Shown here: positions 9,003 to 17,945 of the stretch, piece by piece
Layout: each line of letters begins with the position of its first letter
Position numbering within the stretch: the stretch's first letter is position 1
Source: a virus
DNA length: 64,000 nt
Strand: one strand, 5' to 3'
Virus record (IMG/VR): IMGVR_UViG_3300008453_000627
Notes under the pieces: model-generated
Seen by the model: the letters and a program-made list of their open reading frames with translations, nothing else
The model's database searches: none
Told to the model about the DNA's origin: nothing
Made by a program: the position numbers and the translations under genes

Positions 9003-10408
9003 GCAAAGATTGTGCCGCCGATTTGTGTTCCGCCGTCTGCTTTAAGTTTATGTAAATATCCAATTGTTGTTCCAGGGCCGTATGCTCTTGGATCTGCCGC
9101 AGTAAATCTATATATATCCTTAGGAGCACTAGGTAGTATATTAATGGCTCCGTCTACAATCATACCAAGCTTTGCCTTTGATGGTCCCTGTACATACCAC
9201 TTGCTGGGATTTCGGTCTTTTGGTGTACCAGTAACTGCTTGGAATTGATTTTCTTGGTTCAGTATATGGTTAACTGTCCTGCCGCCGCCGTAACCTTTAC
9301 GTGTTCTATTTAAAATAACAGCCATGACATAAGCACATTCTTTAGTATTATTACTTGCTTCTGCACCAGTTGCCTTAACAAGATCAGTCCATTCGTCATC
9401 AGACATATTACGCCCTAAGAACTTTTCTGCTGACTGTCTTGCTTCACCTATCTTTTCGTTATCAAGTTTTACATTTGATGTGCTAGAAGCAGCGTCTACT
9501 TCTTTATTACCTTTTCCAGGTTTAACATCTGCTTCAGTGCTTTTTGTAAGTTTAGCAACTATATCAGGTTTTGTTTTTAAAACATTATTAAGAGCTAAAA
9601 TAGTTTCGGGTCCTGGATCACCGTCAACTGCAATACCTGCAGCCTTTTGAAAATCTCTAATTGCTTTACTAGTTTCAGGGCCTCTAATTCCATCTACCCC
9701 GAATCTAGGTAAAGGGTAGCCTAGTGCAACTAAAGCCTTTTGCATGTCTGCTACTGCTGGCCCTCTGTTCTTATTAGGAAGAACAACCGCAAACTGAGTA
9801 TCTGTTGGCTTGCCGCCGACAGGAGGAGTTTCAGGTCTTGTTGTTGAAGATCCGAATATTCTTCGAGTTTCGTCAGCAGCTTTCCTATAAACACCAAATT
9901 GATAATGTATACCATCGTTCTGCATTGGACTTCCGTCGTAGTCAATGACTTTAACACCTACTGCACTTTTAAGTGCATCTCGAACTTCTTTTTGGAAATC
10001 CCCAGCATAGTATTTTGTTTTCTTGTTATCGCCGCTAGGAAACAACATAAACACAATGTTAGCCACGCCTTGCGCTTTGACAGCGTTAACAACATTCATT
10101 ACATCACCTACAATTTTACTTGCAGGAGGTAATTTTATTTTACCTTGACTAGTAAGGTTTTGCTTTACTACATCAGCTGTATCGTTAGCACCAACAGAAA
10201 TTAACACGTTGGCACCTTTAGGGATTTTAACAATGTTTGCCAACATTTCACGGCCTACACCTCTGCCATGTGCGGCTGCTCCGTTGACTGCTAAATTGCG
10301 AGCACCATCTAACCCTGCTGTTGTTCCTACACCTCTTGCATGACTATCACCTACTGTGTAGAAATCATCAGTTTTGGCTTCTGTTAGTTTGAATTCGTTA
10401 AATCTCAT
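8999..10408 (-). CDS. multidomain cell-wall hydrolase (GDSL/SGNH-like N-term + PG_binding_1 + SleB-like hydrolase C-term)
   Basis: N-term FYTVGDSHARG; central PGPETSKAIRDFQKAAGIAVDGDPGPETILALNN peptidoglycan-binding repeat; C-term NTKECAYVMAVILNRTRKGYGGGRTVNHILNQENQFQAV resembles SleB/Hydrolase_2. Confidence 0.55.
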   Translation of the reverse strand: MRFNEFKLTEAKTDDFYTVGDSHARGVGTTAGLDGARNLAVNGAAAHGRGVGREMLANIVKIPKGANVLISVGANDTADVVKQNLTSQGKIKLPPASKIVGDVMNVVNAVKAQGVANIVFMLFPSGDNKKTKYYAGDFQKEVRDALKSAVGVKVIDYDGSPMQNDGIHYQFGVYRKAADETRRIFGSSTTRPETPPVGGKPTDTQFAVVLPNKNRGPAVADMQKALVALGYPLPRFGVDGIRGPETSKAIRDFQKAAGIAVDGDPGPETILALNNVLKTKPDIVAKLTKSTEADVKPGKGNKEVDAASSTSNVKLDNEKIGEARQSAEKFLGRNMSDDEWTDLVKATGAEASNNTKECAYVMAVILNRTRKGYGGGRTVNHILNQENQFQAVTGTPKDRNPSKWYVQGPSKAKLGMIVDGAINILPSAPKDIYRFTAADPRAYGPGTTIGYLHKLKADGGTQIGGTIFA

Positions 10409-10686
10409 TTACGTGTGCCCCAATCAGGAATCTTACCGCCGTATTTCTTTCCCTTGACTTTATGTCCGCCCATAGTCATGCGACTCTCTGGGTCTTTGCC
10501 CATCAAATGACTTTTATTACCTTCTCTAGCACGTAGTCCCTGGCTTTTGCAGCTGGCAAGGTTACTAGCACCTAGTTCTTTATTAGATTTAGCACTATTA
10601 CACAATGCTCTGCTGGCTTTTTCGTCAATAGCACTTAGTTCTTCTTGGGTTACGAATTCGTCGATTTTCATAAGAGTATTTATCAA
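10405..10686 (-). CDS. hypothetical protein
   Basis: 93 aa, start/stop overlaps with flanking genes. Confidence 0.4.
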   Translation of the reverse strand: MINTLMKIDEFVTQEELSAIDEKASRALCNSAKSNKELGASNLASCKSQGLRAREGNKSHLMGKDPESRMTMGGHKVKGKKYGGKIPDWGTRK

Positions 10687-11510
10687 GCTTCTAAGTCAAT
10701 CCATTCGTAAACGTTAAGCCACTGACGTTTGCCCACAGTTTCTTTTAAGTGTTTTAGATTAGCACAGGTGTTTTGGCGCCAGCGTTGTTTTTCGCTATCA
10801 GGCACTTCTATAGTGCGTATTTCTACACCTTCTTGTTCTGCAATATATTCAGCAATGTCTAAAAAGCTGTGCGGTAATCCTGAACCGCAGTTCCAAATGC
10901 CGCTGCCTACTACGGTATTCATAAAATCTGTATGCAAACGGCAAACATCACCTACCCATGTCCAGTCACGTTTAACATGCTCTGCATTTTCCCATACTTC
11001 TATGTAGCCCTCTTTGCGGGCTTGTTGGCGCCATTTGTAAATAGCATTAGCACGCCTGCCGCGAATGTGCATCCATTTACCGTATACATTAAAGTAACGG
11101 AATCCCTGTACTAGTATTGCAGGTTTCTGTTGGAACACCCAGCGATCGAATAGATACTTGCTCCATGCATAGGCTGTCTGCGGATGGCAAGGTGCATACT
11201 CACTAAAGTCTTTAGTATTGCCATAGACACTGCTAGAACTTGCATACTGTAGATGTACACCGTTTTCATTACATTCTTTAAACAATCGTTGACTAAATTC
11301 AAAGTTTTGATGCAGTACTTTATCTACATCTGTTTCAGTCATGTCGGCAATCGCACCCAAATGTATTACCCATTTATAACTTCTTACATCTGGAAAATCA
11401 CTATCTCCCCATTCCCAACCGTCTACATGATAACCTTGTTGGTGTAACCAACTCATCATGTTTCTGCCGATAAAACCTTCATGACCTGTTACTAGCACTC
11501 TCATAATCAC
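10683..11510 (-). CDS. hldD: ADP-L-glycero-D-manno-heptose-6-epimerase (HldD/RfaD)-like NAD-dependent epimerase
   Basis: VLVTGHEGFIGRN Rossmann motif; YASSSSVYG, YAWSKYLFDRWV, GFRYFNVYG, KRDWTWVGDV closely parallel E. coli HldD blocks (YASSAATYG / YGYSKFLFDEYV / GFRYFNVYG / KRDFVYVGDV, recalled from memory). Confidence 0.7.
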   Translation of the reverse strand: MIMRVLVTGHEGFIGRNMMSWLHQQGYHVDGWEWGDSDFPDVRSYKWVIHLGAIADMTETDVDKVLHQNFEFSQRLFKECNENGVHLQYASSSSVYGNTKDFSEYAPCHPQTAYAWSKYLFDRWVFQQKPAILVQGFRYFNVYGKWMHIRGRRANAIYKWRQQARKEGYIEVWENAEHVKRDWTWVGDVCRLHTDFMNTVVGSGIWNCGSGLPHSFLDIAEYIAEQEGVEIRTIEVPDSEKQRWRQNTCANLKHLKETVGKRQWLNVYEWIDLEA

Positions 11511-11588
11511 CTCGCTTAGGTATTTACGCTTTTATTTTTAAGGCAATAAAAAAGCCCCTTGCGGGGCTTTGACTTGAACTAGCTATTA

Positions 11589-11861
11589 TTAAACAGCCAT
11601 GCCCAATGCTTTTGCCATGTAGCCTAATGCTACGATTTCACGGCTTGGCTTGCCAAGTTCGTATTCTGTAACAGTAACACCGTTACCTGCGGTACGTGTG
11701 TTAGAGTAAACAGCATAACCATGCTGACGAATGCGGCTTGCTTCTGCGCTGATGTTTTTAATACCAAAACGCTTTTCTGCCTGTGCTGGAGTGATCTTCT
11801 CACCTTCGCAAAGTGCGTTAAAAAGCTTAAATGTTTTAGTGTCTTTGTTAATACGTTTCAT
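11589..11861 (-). CDS. hypothetical protein (possible HTH)
   Basis: 90 aa ORF. Confidence 0.45.
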   Translation of the reverse strand: MKRINKDTKTFKLFNALCEGEKITPAQAEKRFGIKNISAEASRIRQHGYAVYSNTRTAGNGVTVTEYELGKPSREIVALGYMAKALGMAV

Positions 11862-11956
11862 AGTAGTTTCCTTTTAATAAAACTAGCTTACCAGTGCTAG
11901 TAAGTTTCTATTATATAATGTTTAAGATAAAAGGTCAAACAGAACGGTTAAGTTGT

Positions 11957-12325
11957 TTAGTTTTGTTTGCTCAAACCCATAGCTTCTGCTTGATCAGCAG
12001 GAATGTGTCCTGCAAAGTTTTGGCCGGGGAAACGTTGTCTTACCACTTCCAGTGCTTGATCCAATGTAGTGCCTTGTCCAAGGAACTCACCGTTGTCCTT
12101 GGCATACAAATAGAAAGATCCTTTTTCATTTTGAACTTCGATTTCTCTTACATCAGTCAAAGTCTCTGTATCGTTGTCAGCTTCTTTAGCTGTTTGATAT
12201 TTTTTGAGAAGCTCTACCATTGTTTCTGGCTTTTCTAACATGCGATCTAGTATGTGCTTACTAGCACGAAACCAACCGGCCATGTAACCAAAAACAAATA
12301 TCAAAAAGATGAGAAAAATATCCAT
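11957..12325 (-). CDS. membrane protein (N-terminal TM)
   Basis: MDIFLIFLIFVFGYMAGWF hydrophobic N-terminus. Confidence 0.5.
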   Translation of the reverse strand: MDIFLIFLIFVFGYMAGWFRASKHILDRMLEKPETMVELLKKYQTAKEADNDTETLTDVREIEVQNEKGSFYLYAKDNGEFLGQGTTLDQALEVVRQRFPGQNFAGHIPADQAEAMGLSKQN

Positions 12326-12379
12326 TGCGGCTTTCTATATAGATTTAAAAGTTAATTATAATGTCAAATGGCAAAAATG

Positions 12380-12745
12380 TCAACTGCCTGTATTCCATTT
12401 TAGGGCCCAATAGGTATAGTCTCGGGCTTGCAGTCTAGCAGTGATCTTATATTTATAACCATATGATACTTGATCAACCATTCTATGCCAAATAGGTTGA
12501 TCCACTGCATGTTGCATGATCCACTGTCCTTGTTCGCTCTCTTGCCATTTCCATAAGGGCTCGGCAGCATATAGATCAGGATCTTCTACATCACCCAATG
12601 TAAAAGTGTGAACTATAACTTCTTTTATTTCAACGATCTTGTCATCCACAATGTTAAACTGATTCTTCAGATTGGATAAGTTTGAGGAATATTTCATAGT
12701 TGTCCCGAGCCTTCCTGAGTCCCGGATATTTTTCGCATAGCTCAT
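12380..12745 (-). CDS. member of the [FW]x[LI][KR]W[SN]-tail paralogue family
   Basis: ends …RDYTYWALKWNTGS; start uncertain (overlaps 12654..12995; internal Met at 12697). Confidence 0.4.
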   Translation of the reverse strand: MSYAKNIRDSGRLGTTMKYSSNLSNLKNQFNIVDDKIVEIKEVIVHTFTLGDVEDPDLYAAEPLWKWQESEQGQWIMQHAVDQPIWHRMVDQVSYGYKYKITARLQARDYTYWALKWNTGS

Positions 12746-12995
12746 CTATTTTATCCTCTTCTGCTTTTTTCTTTTTGGCCCAATCTAAAATGGAAACAGC
12801 TTCTCCAGTCAGTTCAATATTGGCATAGCTCATATCCAATTGTTTCCACATGTTACCATCATTGACTTCCATACAGTTCATGTTGCTGTTGTAGCGCACC
12901 ATGCCGGCACCTACTGCACCTGGACTGATGTAGGGATTGCTTGGGTGCCCGCCACTTACAGTGATATACTGGCCTCCGGTTAAACCTCTGATCAT
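12654..12995 (-). CDS. hypothetical protein
   Basis: 113 aa ORF. Confidence 0.45.
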   Translation of the reverse strand: MIRGLTGGQYITVSGGHPSNPYISPGAVGAGMVRYNSNMNCMEVNDGNMWKQLDMSYANIELTGEAVSILDWAKKKKAEEDKIDELCEKYPGLRKARDNYEIFLKLIQSEESV

Positions 12996-12996
12996 A

Positions 12997-13209
12997 TTAA
13001 CTCCATTGTAATAAAAAGAGATCAGCGTCTCTATCTTTTCTAAAATCCACGTAGGCCAAATCTCTCAGTACCCATCTGTCTCCTGCAGGTCCGTAATGTT
13101 TCTCTAGCCATTTAACTGGTGCATATGTAGGTCCTTTGGCACGTTGCTTTAGGTCGCCTAAGTATATTGTTCTCATCCTTCGTCTCCGCTCCATTTTAAA
13201 ATAAACCAA
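12997..13209 (-). CDS. paralogue family member (…DADLFLLQWS)
   Basis: 70 aa; conserved C-terminal motif. Confidence 0.5.
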   Translation of the reverse strand: MVYFKMERRRRMRTIYLGDLKQRAKGPTYAPVKWLEKHYGPAGDRWVLRDLAYVDFRKDRDADLFLLQWS

Positions 13210-13385
13210 TCACGCTGGCTTTCTTTTCTGAAACTCCATAACACTTCAGTCATGCGTTGACCTACCCCTTGAGGACTTTGAGCCCATTCATCCATCTCTT
13301 TAATCTTTTCGGAAGTAGCTTCCTCTTTGTCTAATACTACGCCCGGCAGTCTAAACAAACCTACATCGCAGGTTTTCATTTTCAT
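13173..13385 (-). CDS. paralogue family member (…RDWFILKWSGDEG)
   Basis: 70 aa; conserved C-terminal motif. Confidence 0.5.
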   Translation of the reverse strand: MKMKTCDVGLFRLPGVVLDKEEATSEKIKEMDEWAQSPQGVGQRMTEVLWSFRKESQRDWFILKWSGDEG

Positions 13386-13395
13386 TGAGGTTTCC

Positions 13396-14349
13396 TTAAC
13401 ACTGATCTTTTCCTATAATAGATAATTTAACGTCCGAGATAGATCGCACATCTACATTATATAGAGGAACTGTAACAGATATCAAGTCCTTTTGAAAAGT
13501 CTTTACTCTAAGATCATCGATACTGGCTTGTCCATAGAATCTATCCAATGGTAATCTTACACAGGCAGAATGTATGTTTTGACCTGATCGATTAAACGAT
13601 ACAACTAACATTGGCGACTTACGTTCAAAAGTTTTTTGCAGTAGTTGTAACGAAGACTGATCGTTAAAGTAATAACTTTTTCTAGCATTTGGTTTAAAGA
13701 TGTTGTCATCGTTAGGCGCGGAGGCAATCATCACTGTAGATGATGCTGTACTTTTATCTCCGTCCTGTGTTCTAGCTAGAACCTCGTGCAATGATTTGAT
13801 AAACCCTTCGCTCCAAGTCACAGAAACTTGTGCAATAAAATAAGGTTGCCTATTTGAATCTATTTTAAAATCAGAGTTCTTAAGCTGTACATCAAAAGAT
13901 CTAGATGGATAGTATTCCACAGCCTTTGCCACAAGGCGGTCTCCTTGTTGTTTAGTCTGCTGATAGGATTCAATTCGCTCGCCAAGTGCAACACCATCTA
14001 CTGCACTGTCAGTACGATTTTTGGTTATGATTCTATTTTTGAGCTTGCTGTCAGCGACCCATACATCTGCTTCTACGATATATTGTCTGCCTCGTTGTTC
14101 TACAGAAATTACTTTGAACTTGTCAACATAGCCTGAACTAAAGTCAAAGATCTCGTCCTTGACTAGACTGTCGTTGCGTACTACAGTTTCACTTAGTATC
14201 AGTGTACCTACTTTAGCTTCTATTGCACGTTGAAAAGCATGACGCCTTGCGGCATCTTCTGTTGAGCCTACTCCTACAGATCTTACAGGATTAGACAAAA
14301 CATTCGATGACAGCAAGGCTAAAGTGCAAGTTACAATGAACTTGAACAT
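13396..14349 (-). CDS. secreted/periplasmic protein
   Basis: signal peptide MFKFIVTCTLALLSSNVLS; 317 aa. Confidence 0.55.
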   Translation of the reverse strand: MFKFIVTCTLALLSSNVLSNPVRSVGVGSTEDAARRHAFQRAIEAKVGTLILSETVVRNDSLVKDEIFDFSSGYVDKFKVISVEQRGRQYIVEADVWVADSKLKNRIITKNRTDSAVDGVALGERIESYQQTKQQGDRLVAKAVEYYPSRSFDVQLKNSDFKIDSNRQPYFIAQVSVTWSEGFIKSLHEVLARTQDGDKSTASSTVMIASAPNDDNIFKPNARKSYYFNDQSSLQLLQKTFERKSPMLVVSFNRSGQNIHSACVRLPLDRFYGQASIDDLRVKTFQKDLISVTVPLYNVDVRSISDVKLSIIGKDQC

Positions 14350-14354
14350 AGTAC

Positions 14355-15005
14355 TTACCTAAACTTACTTTTGAGATAGTTACCTGCTCGTTCGCTGTCT
14401 TTATCCCAACGGATAGTAACTGCTACAGTTTGTCTATCTACAACCTTTTCTTCTGCTACATAGATACCTTTAAGGATACCAGAAGCATTAACTCGAATAG
14501 TTTCTGTAACATTTCTAGCAATGTCGTTAGAGTTTTCTCTCACAGCCCAATTAGTTTCTTTGGCTGCATCCTCGTCGGACAGTTCTACTTCCTCGCCAGA
14601 GATACGTTGTTTAACACGATCATTGGCTTTTTCAATGTTCTTGCTCAATGTGTTAACAGTCGTTGAGCTAGTAACATCTTCGTGTATGAAGTGACGCAGT
14701 TTGGCTTTGGCTTTGGCTGCACCTACTCGGAAAGCCAGTTCTCTATTAACTTCGCTGTTACCGTTTGATGTTGCGTAGGCTGTGACTTCAATAGCTTTGA
14801 AGTCGCCTTTAACACAGGTACGCTCACTCCAGCCAGTACCCCAAAAGCAGTCCCATTCAATCTTAACACCTTGTCGTTTAAAACTAGAAGTTAGCTTCTG
14901 ACTGCCAATTGCTGATACTGATGCAGGATCTACAGACTTGGTACCAGCACAGCCTGCAATCATTGAACAAACTATAATAGCCGTAAAAACTAGCGGTACT
15001 TTCAT
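14355..15005 (-). CDS. lipoprotein
   Basis: MKVPLVFTAIIVCSMIAGCAG lipobox; 216 aa. Confidence 0.6.
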   Translation of the reverse strand: MKVPLVFTAIIVCSMIAGCAGTKSVDPASVSAIGSQKLTSSFKRQGVKIEWDCFWGTGWSERTCVKGDFKAIEVTAYATSNGNSEVNRELAFRVGAAKAKAKLRHFIHEDVTSSTTVNTLSKNIEKANDRVKQRISGEEVELSDEDAAKETNWAVRENSNDIARNVTETIRVNASGILKGIYVAEEKVVDRQTVAVTIRWDKDSERAGNYLKSKFR

Positions 15006-15130
15006 TTTGCCATCTCCTGTGATTGAGTTTTAACTGTGTCAATGCCTTTGTCTAACATACGAGCAATGCCGGAGAATCCAACGGTTGCCAGTACCAAACC
15101 AAAAACTGTGCCTAAAATAAATGCCTTCAT
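15002..15130 (-). CDS. small single-TM peptide (42 aa)
   Basis: MKAFILGTVFGLVLATVGFSGIARML…; its stop overlaps the lipoprotein start (ATGA); not in the ORF track (<60 aa). Confidence 0.4.
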   Translation of the reverse strand: MKAFILGTVFGLVLATVGFSGIARMLDKGIDTVKTQSQEMAK

Positions 15131-15197
15131 TGAGAGCCTCTTTGTTACAAACATAAGTTATTATACAATCAAAAAGACATTTTGTCTATTCTTTTGG

Positions 15198-15611
15198 TTA
15201 TCTGGATAGTTCCAAAAGCATTTTATATTTCTCGTAGGCTTTTTGAACTGCGGGATTTTTATTACGAACACCCATTTCGTTAAATGTTTCGTTTTCTATT
15301 TTTTTGAATCTGAAGTTTTCCCGTTCAAGTTCTTCTATTTCCTGTTCACGCTTAACTAGACGTTCATAGTGTTCTTCACTGACATAGACTTTAAGTAGAG
15401 GTTCTTTTTCAATCTCTTGCTGATACGGAATGTTAGCTTCGCTCCAGGATCGGTAACTAATCGGAGCCGACCTGTGTCTGTAATGCCGTTTACTTTTTTC
15501 TACATGCATTTGAAAACGCTTGCGAAAGCGTTCTTCTACAACTTCCCAAGTCTCTAATGGATTGTGGTCTTTGGAGTAGTAGTAAAAATCTTTTGGAAAG
15601 TTTATAGCCAT
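15198..15611 (-). CDS. hypothetical basic protein
   Basis: 137 aa. Confidence 0.5.
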   Translation of the reverse strand: MAINFPKDFYYYSKDHNPLETWEVVEERFRKRFQMHVEKSKRHYRHRSAPISYRSWSEANIPYQQEIEKEPLLKVYVSEEHYERLVKREQEIEELERENFRFKKIENETFNEMGVRNKNPAVQKAYEKYKMLLELSR

Positions 15612-15856
15612 TTTAGTTTAAACCAGTTAGCATGTTTTTCTTCTTTGAACACAAACTCTTTCTCACCTTGCCAATTTCGGTATCGGCTAACCCATGCGTC
15701 TTTAGGAAAAGATTGTTCGCACCATAAGTTTAGTGCTTTGAAGTGAGCATCATTGCCAAACTCTTGATTGTCTTTTTCCCAATTCCAAACATTGGCACGA
15801 TCAACATTAACTACGTGCCAGCCCTGTCGAAAGTAATATCTAAATCTCTTAGCCAT
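15602..15856 (-). CDS. paralogue family member (…HANWFKLKWL)
   Basis: 84 aa, Trp-rich. Confidence 0.5.
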   Translation of the reverse strand: MAKRFRYYFRQGWHVVNVDRANVWNWEKDNQEFGNDAHFKALNLWCEQSFPKDAWVSRYRNWQGEKEFVFKEEKHANWFKLKWL

Positions 15857-16091
15857 TAATGTAGTCCTTTAGAACAAGATCATTCCCATATTTTAATTTT
15901 AGCATAGTCTCTTGTTTTTCACAAGTGGTAATGACATCTATCTTATAGCCTGTTACAACTTTACTAACCATCTGTCCTTGTGTATAGACTTTATTAGTCA
16001 GTGCTTCTACTTTAATATCTACTTCTAATCCTTTAAGCCAAATAATATCATGATCTTCTAGTTTTGGAATTGCCAGTGCCCATGTATTCAT
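15849..16091 (-). CDS. hypothetical protein
   Basis: 80 aa. Confidence 0.45.
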   Translation of the reverse strand: MNTWALAIPKLEDHDIIWLKGLEVDIKVEALTNKVYTQGQMVSKVVTGYKIDVITTCEKQETMLKLKYGNDLVLKDYING

Positions 16092-16471
16092 TAACTACTC
16101 CAACGCATGATAAACAGGGTTCGATCACGTTCGTTGCGGAACCAAAACTTACGGTTGTTCATGTACCAACGCTTTAATGGTTCGGGTGTTAGATCTTTAG
16201 TTTCGTTCCATATGCTACCAGTTTCGCCAAAAGTATCTGAGCACCAAATTTCCATTTCCAACCAACTGCCGCCAATAGGCTCTACACAATGATATCGGGC
16301 ACCGTAGACAGTGCCTTCGCTTAACATTAGATCTTCAACTGGTTTTTTCAATAAGTCTTTCATTAATCGATCAATAGCCTTTGCTGTCCAATAGCTTTTA
16401 CCTGTGTTTCTTCCGGACATCATTATCTTAAATTCATCACCAGACTTTAACTCCATTTTAGTTTGGCCCAT
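16091..16471 (-). CDS. paralogue family member (…RTLFIMRWSS)
   Basis: 126 aa. Confidence 0.5.
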   Translation of the reverse strand: MGQTKMELKSGDEFKIMMSGRNTGKSYWTAKAIDRLMKDLLKKPVEDLMLSEGTVYGARYHCVEPIGGSWLEMEIWCSDTFGETGSIWNETKDLTPEPLKRWYMNNRKFWFRNERDRTLFIMRWSS

Positions 16472-16752
16472 GTTACCTCTTTGTCCGTAGCTAGATAAAT
16501 CTTTAGTTCATTAAACTCTGTGTGCCAACACCAATGGGGATTGACCGGAAATCTGTCTTGATGACTCATTGTGAGCCAATGTTCTCTATCACAACTGGCA
16601 CCCCAGGTAGACCAACACCATTGCCTTAGTTGATCAAATTCCGCCATCCTCGCTGCTCTATCAAACTTTCCAGGATTACTTTTAACTTCTATTAGATAAG
16701 CAAATCGTTCACTGCCCGTATGTCGCTTGTCTGTTTTTCTTATTTGAATCAT
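16447..16752 (-). CDS. paralogue family member (…VTWAKLKWS)
   Basis: 101 aa, Trp/Cys-rich. Confidence 0.5.
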   Translation of the reverse strand: MIQIRKTDKRHTGSERFAYLIEVKSNPGKFDRAARMAEFDQLRQWCWSTWGASCDREHWLTMSHQDRFPVNPHWCWHTEFNELKIYLATDKEVTWAKLKWS

Positions 16753-16964
16753 GAATACTTTAGTGCAAACAATGTCGCATGTTTTTCTGTGTAAAAAGTA
16801 AAGATAGTCTGTTTGGGTACTTCACCGATCATTTCATCCCATCGGCTTTGATTAAAAGCAAAGTCAAAGTCTTTACCCTGAGTCAATCCTTGCGCTTTTA
16901 GTTCCTTCACAATAGACAATACTTCATCGGGCCTCTTGTGAAAGATAGCAACTTCAATTGTCAA
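16749..16964 (-). CDS. paralogue family member (…HATLFALKYS)
   Basis: 71 aa. Confidence 0.5.
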   Translation of the reverse strand: MTIEVAIFHKRPDEVLSIVKELKAQGLTQGKDFDFAFNQSRWDEMIGEVPKQTIFTFYTEKHATLFALKYS

Positions 16965-17430
16965 CTGTATGATCCCGTGTTAAAGCACACACAGTTACAA
17001 ATCTTTCAAAGGCTTTCTTAGCTGAAGGATGTTGCATCAACTTGTCTGCTTCCTCTTGCATAGCCTTGACTGCTTCTTCAGCAGCCTCTCGGGCGCTTGG
17101 CCATTCTAAACAACGAGCTTCTTCACCAAACTCTTTAACTAGATTTTCCCAAGCCTTGCGTTGTCCTTCTGTTAAAGGTGCCGACTTTGGGCGTAGGTCG
17201 CTAGCTCGCATCAGGGCCTTGCTGACAGCATCTTCGGCAACACGCCCTGCGGCAATCATAGCGGCATAGTTAGGATCAATATTGTAACGACGACTCTGTC
17301 CGCCAGGATAGCACATAACAATGTGTGTTCCCTTAGGGAAAGCATCCATTAGAACTTGATCGTATTCGTACACTGGCTTGTACTTACGGCCTACCTTTTC
17401 ATAGAAGATTTTTTTCATCGAGCTTTCCAC
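16954..17430 (-). CDS. hypothetical protein
   Basis: 158 aa. Confidence 0.5.
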   Translation of the reverse strand: MESSMKKIFYEKVGRKYKPVYEYDQVLMDAFPKGTHIVMCYPGGQSRRYNIDPNYAAMIAAGRVAEDAVSKALMRASDLRPKSAPLTEGQRKAWENLVKEFGEEARCLEWPSAREAAEEAVKAMQEEADKLMQHPSAKKAFERFVTVCALTRDHTVDN

Positions 17431-17945
17431 GCTTCTGCACGAGCCTTCATACCTTCTGGATCACGCTTATAATCTTCGATAGCTTCAGTCAATGCGTCAG
17501 TGATCAACTGATTGAAAGTGATGTCACGTTCGTGTGCGATCTTCATGTATTTGAGCAGTTCTTCATCTGAGAACTCTACAGGAACGCTGACTCGAGTGTC
17601 GTAGTCCTCGCCTTCACGAATAGCTAGACATTTTTGAATAAAGTCATCATCTACTTCTAAGGTAACATAGTCAGTATCATCCCAAGCAGTATCATCTGCA
17701 CCAACAGGCAGAGCATACCCCTCTGCAAACATGCGATAGGCTCTGTTATTTCGATAGTCATGAGCCTGTACTTCAAAGACTTTTTGAGTGTCAGTATCAA
17801 AGATTACAGTAAAGCTGAATCCTTCCTGCTCACCATTCCAGCTGTCTAGGCTATAGACTGACTCACCATAACGATTATTATAGTAGTTACTGCCTTCAGT
17901 AATACGATAGTCGACAATTTCCATCCATTCTTTTAGAGTGATCAT
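17415..17945 (-). CDS. hypothetical acidic protein
   Basis: 176 aa. Confidence 0.5.
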   Translation of the reverse strand: MITLKEWMEIVDYRITEGSNYYNNRYGESVYSLDSWNGEQEGFSFTVIFDTDTQKVFEVQAHDYRNNRAYRMFAEGYALPVGADDTAWDDTDYVTLEVDDDFIQKCLAIREGEDYDTRVSVPVEFSDEELLKYMKIAHERDITFNQLITDALTEAIEDYKRDPEGMKARAEAWKAR

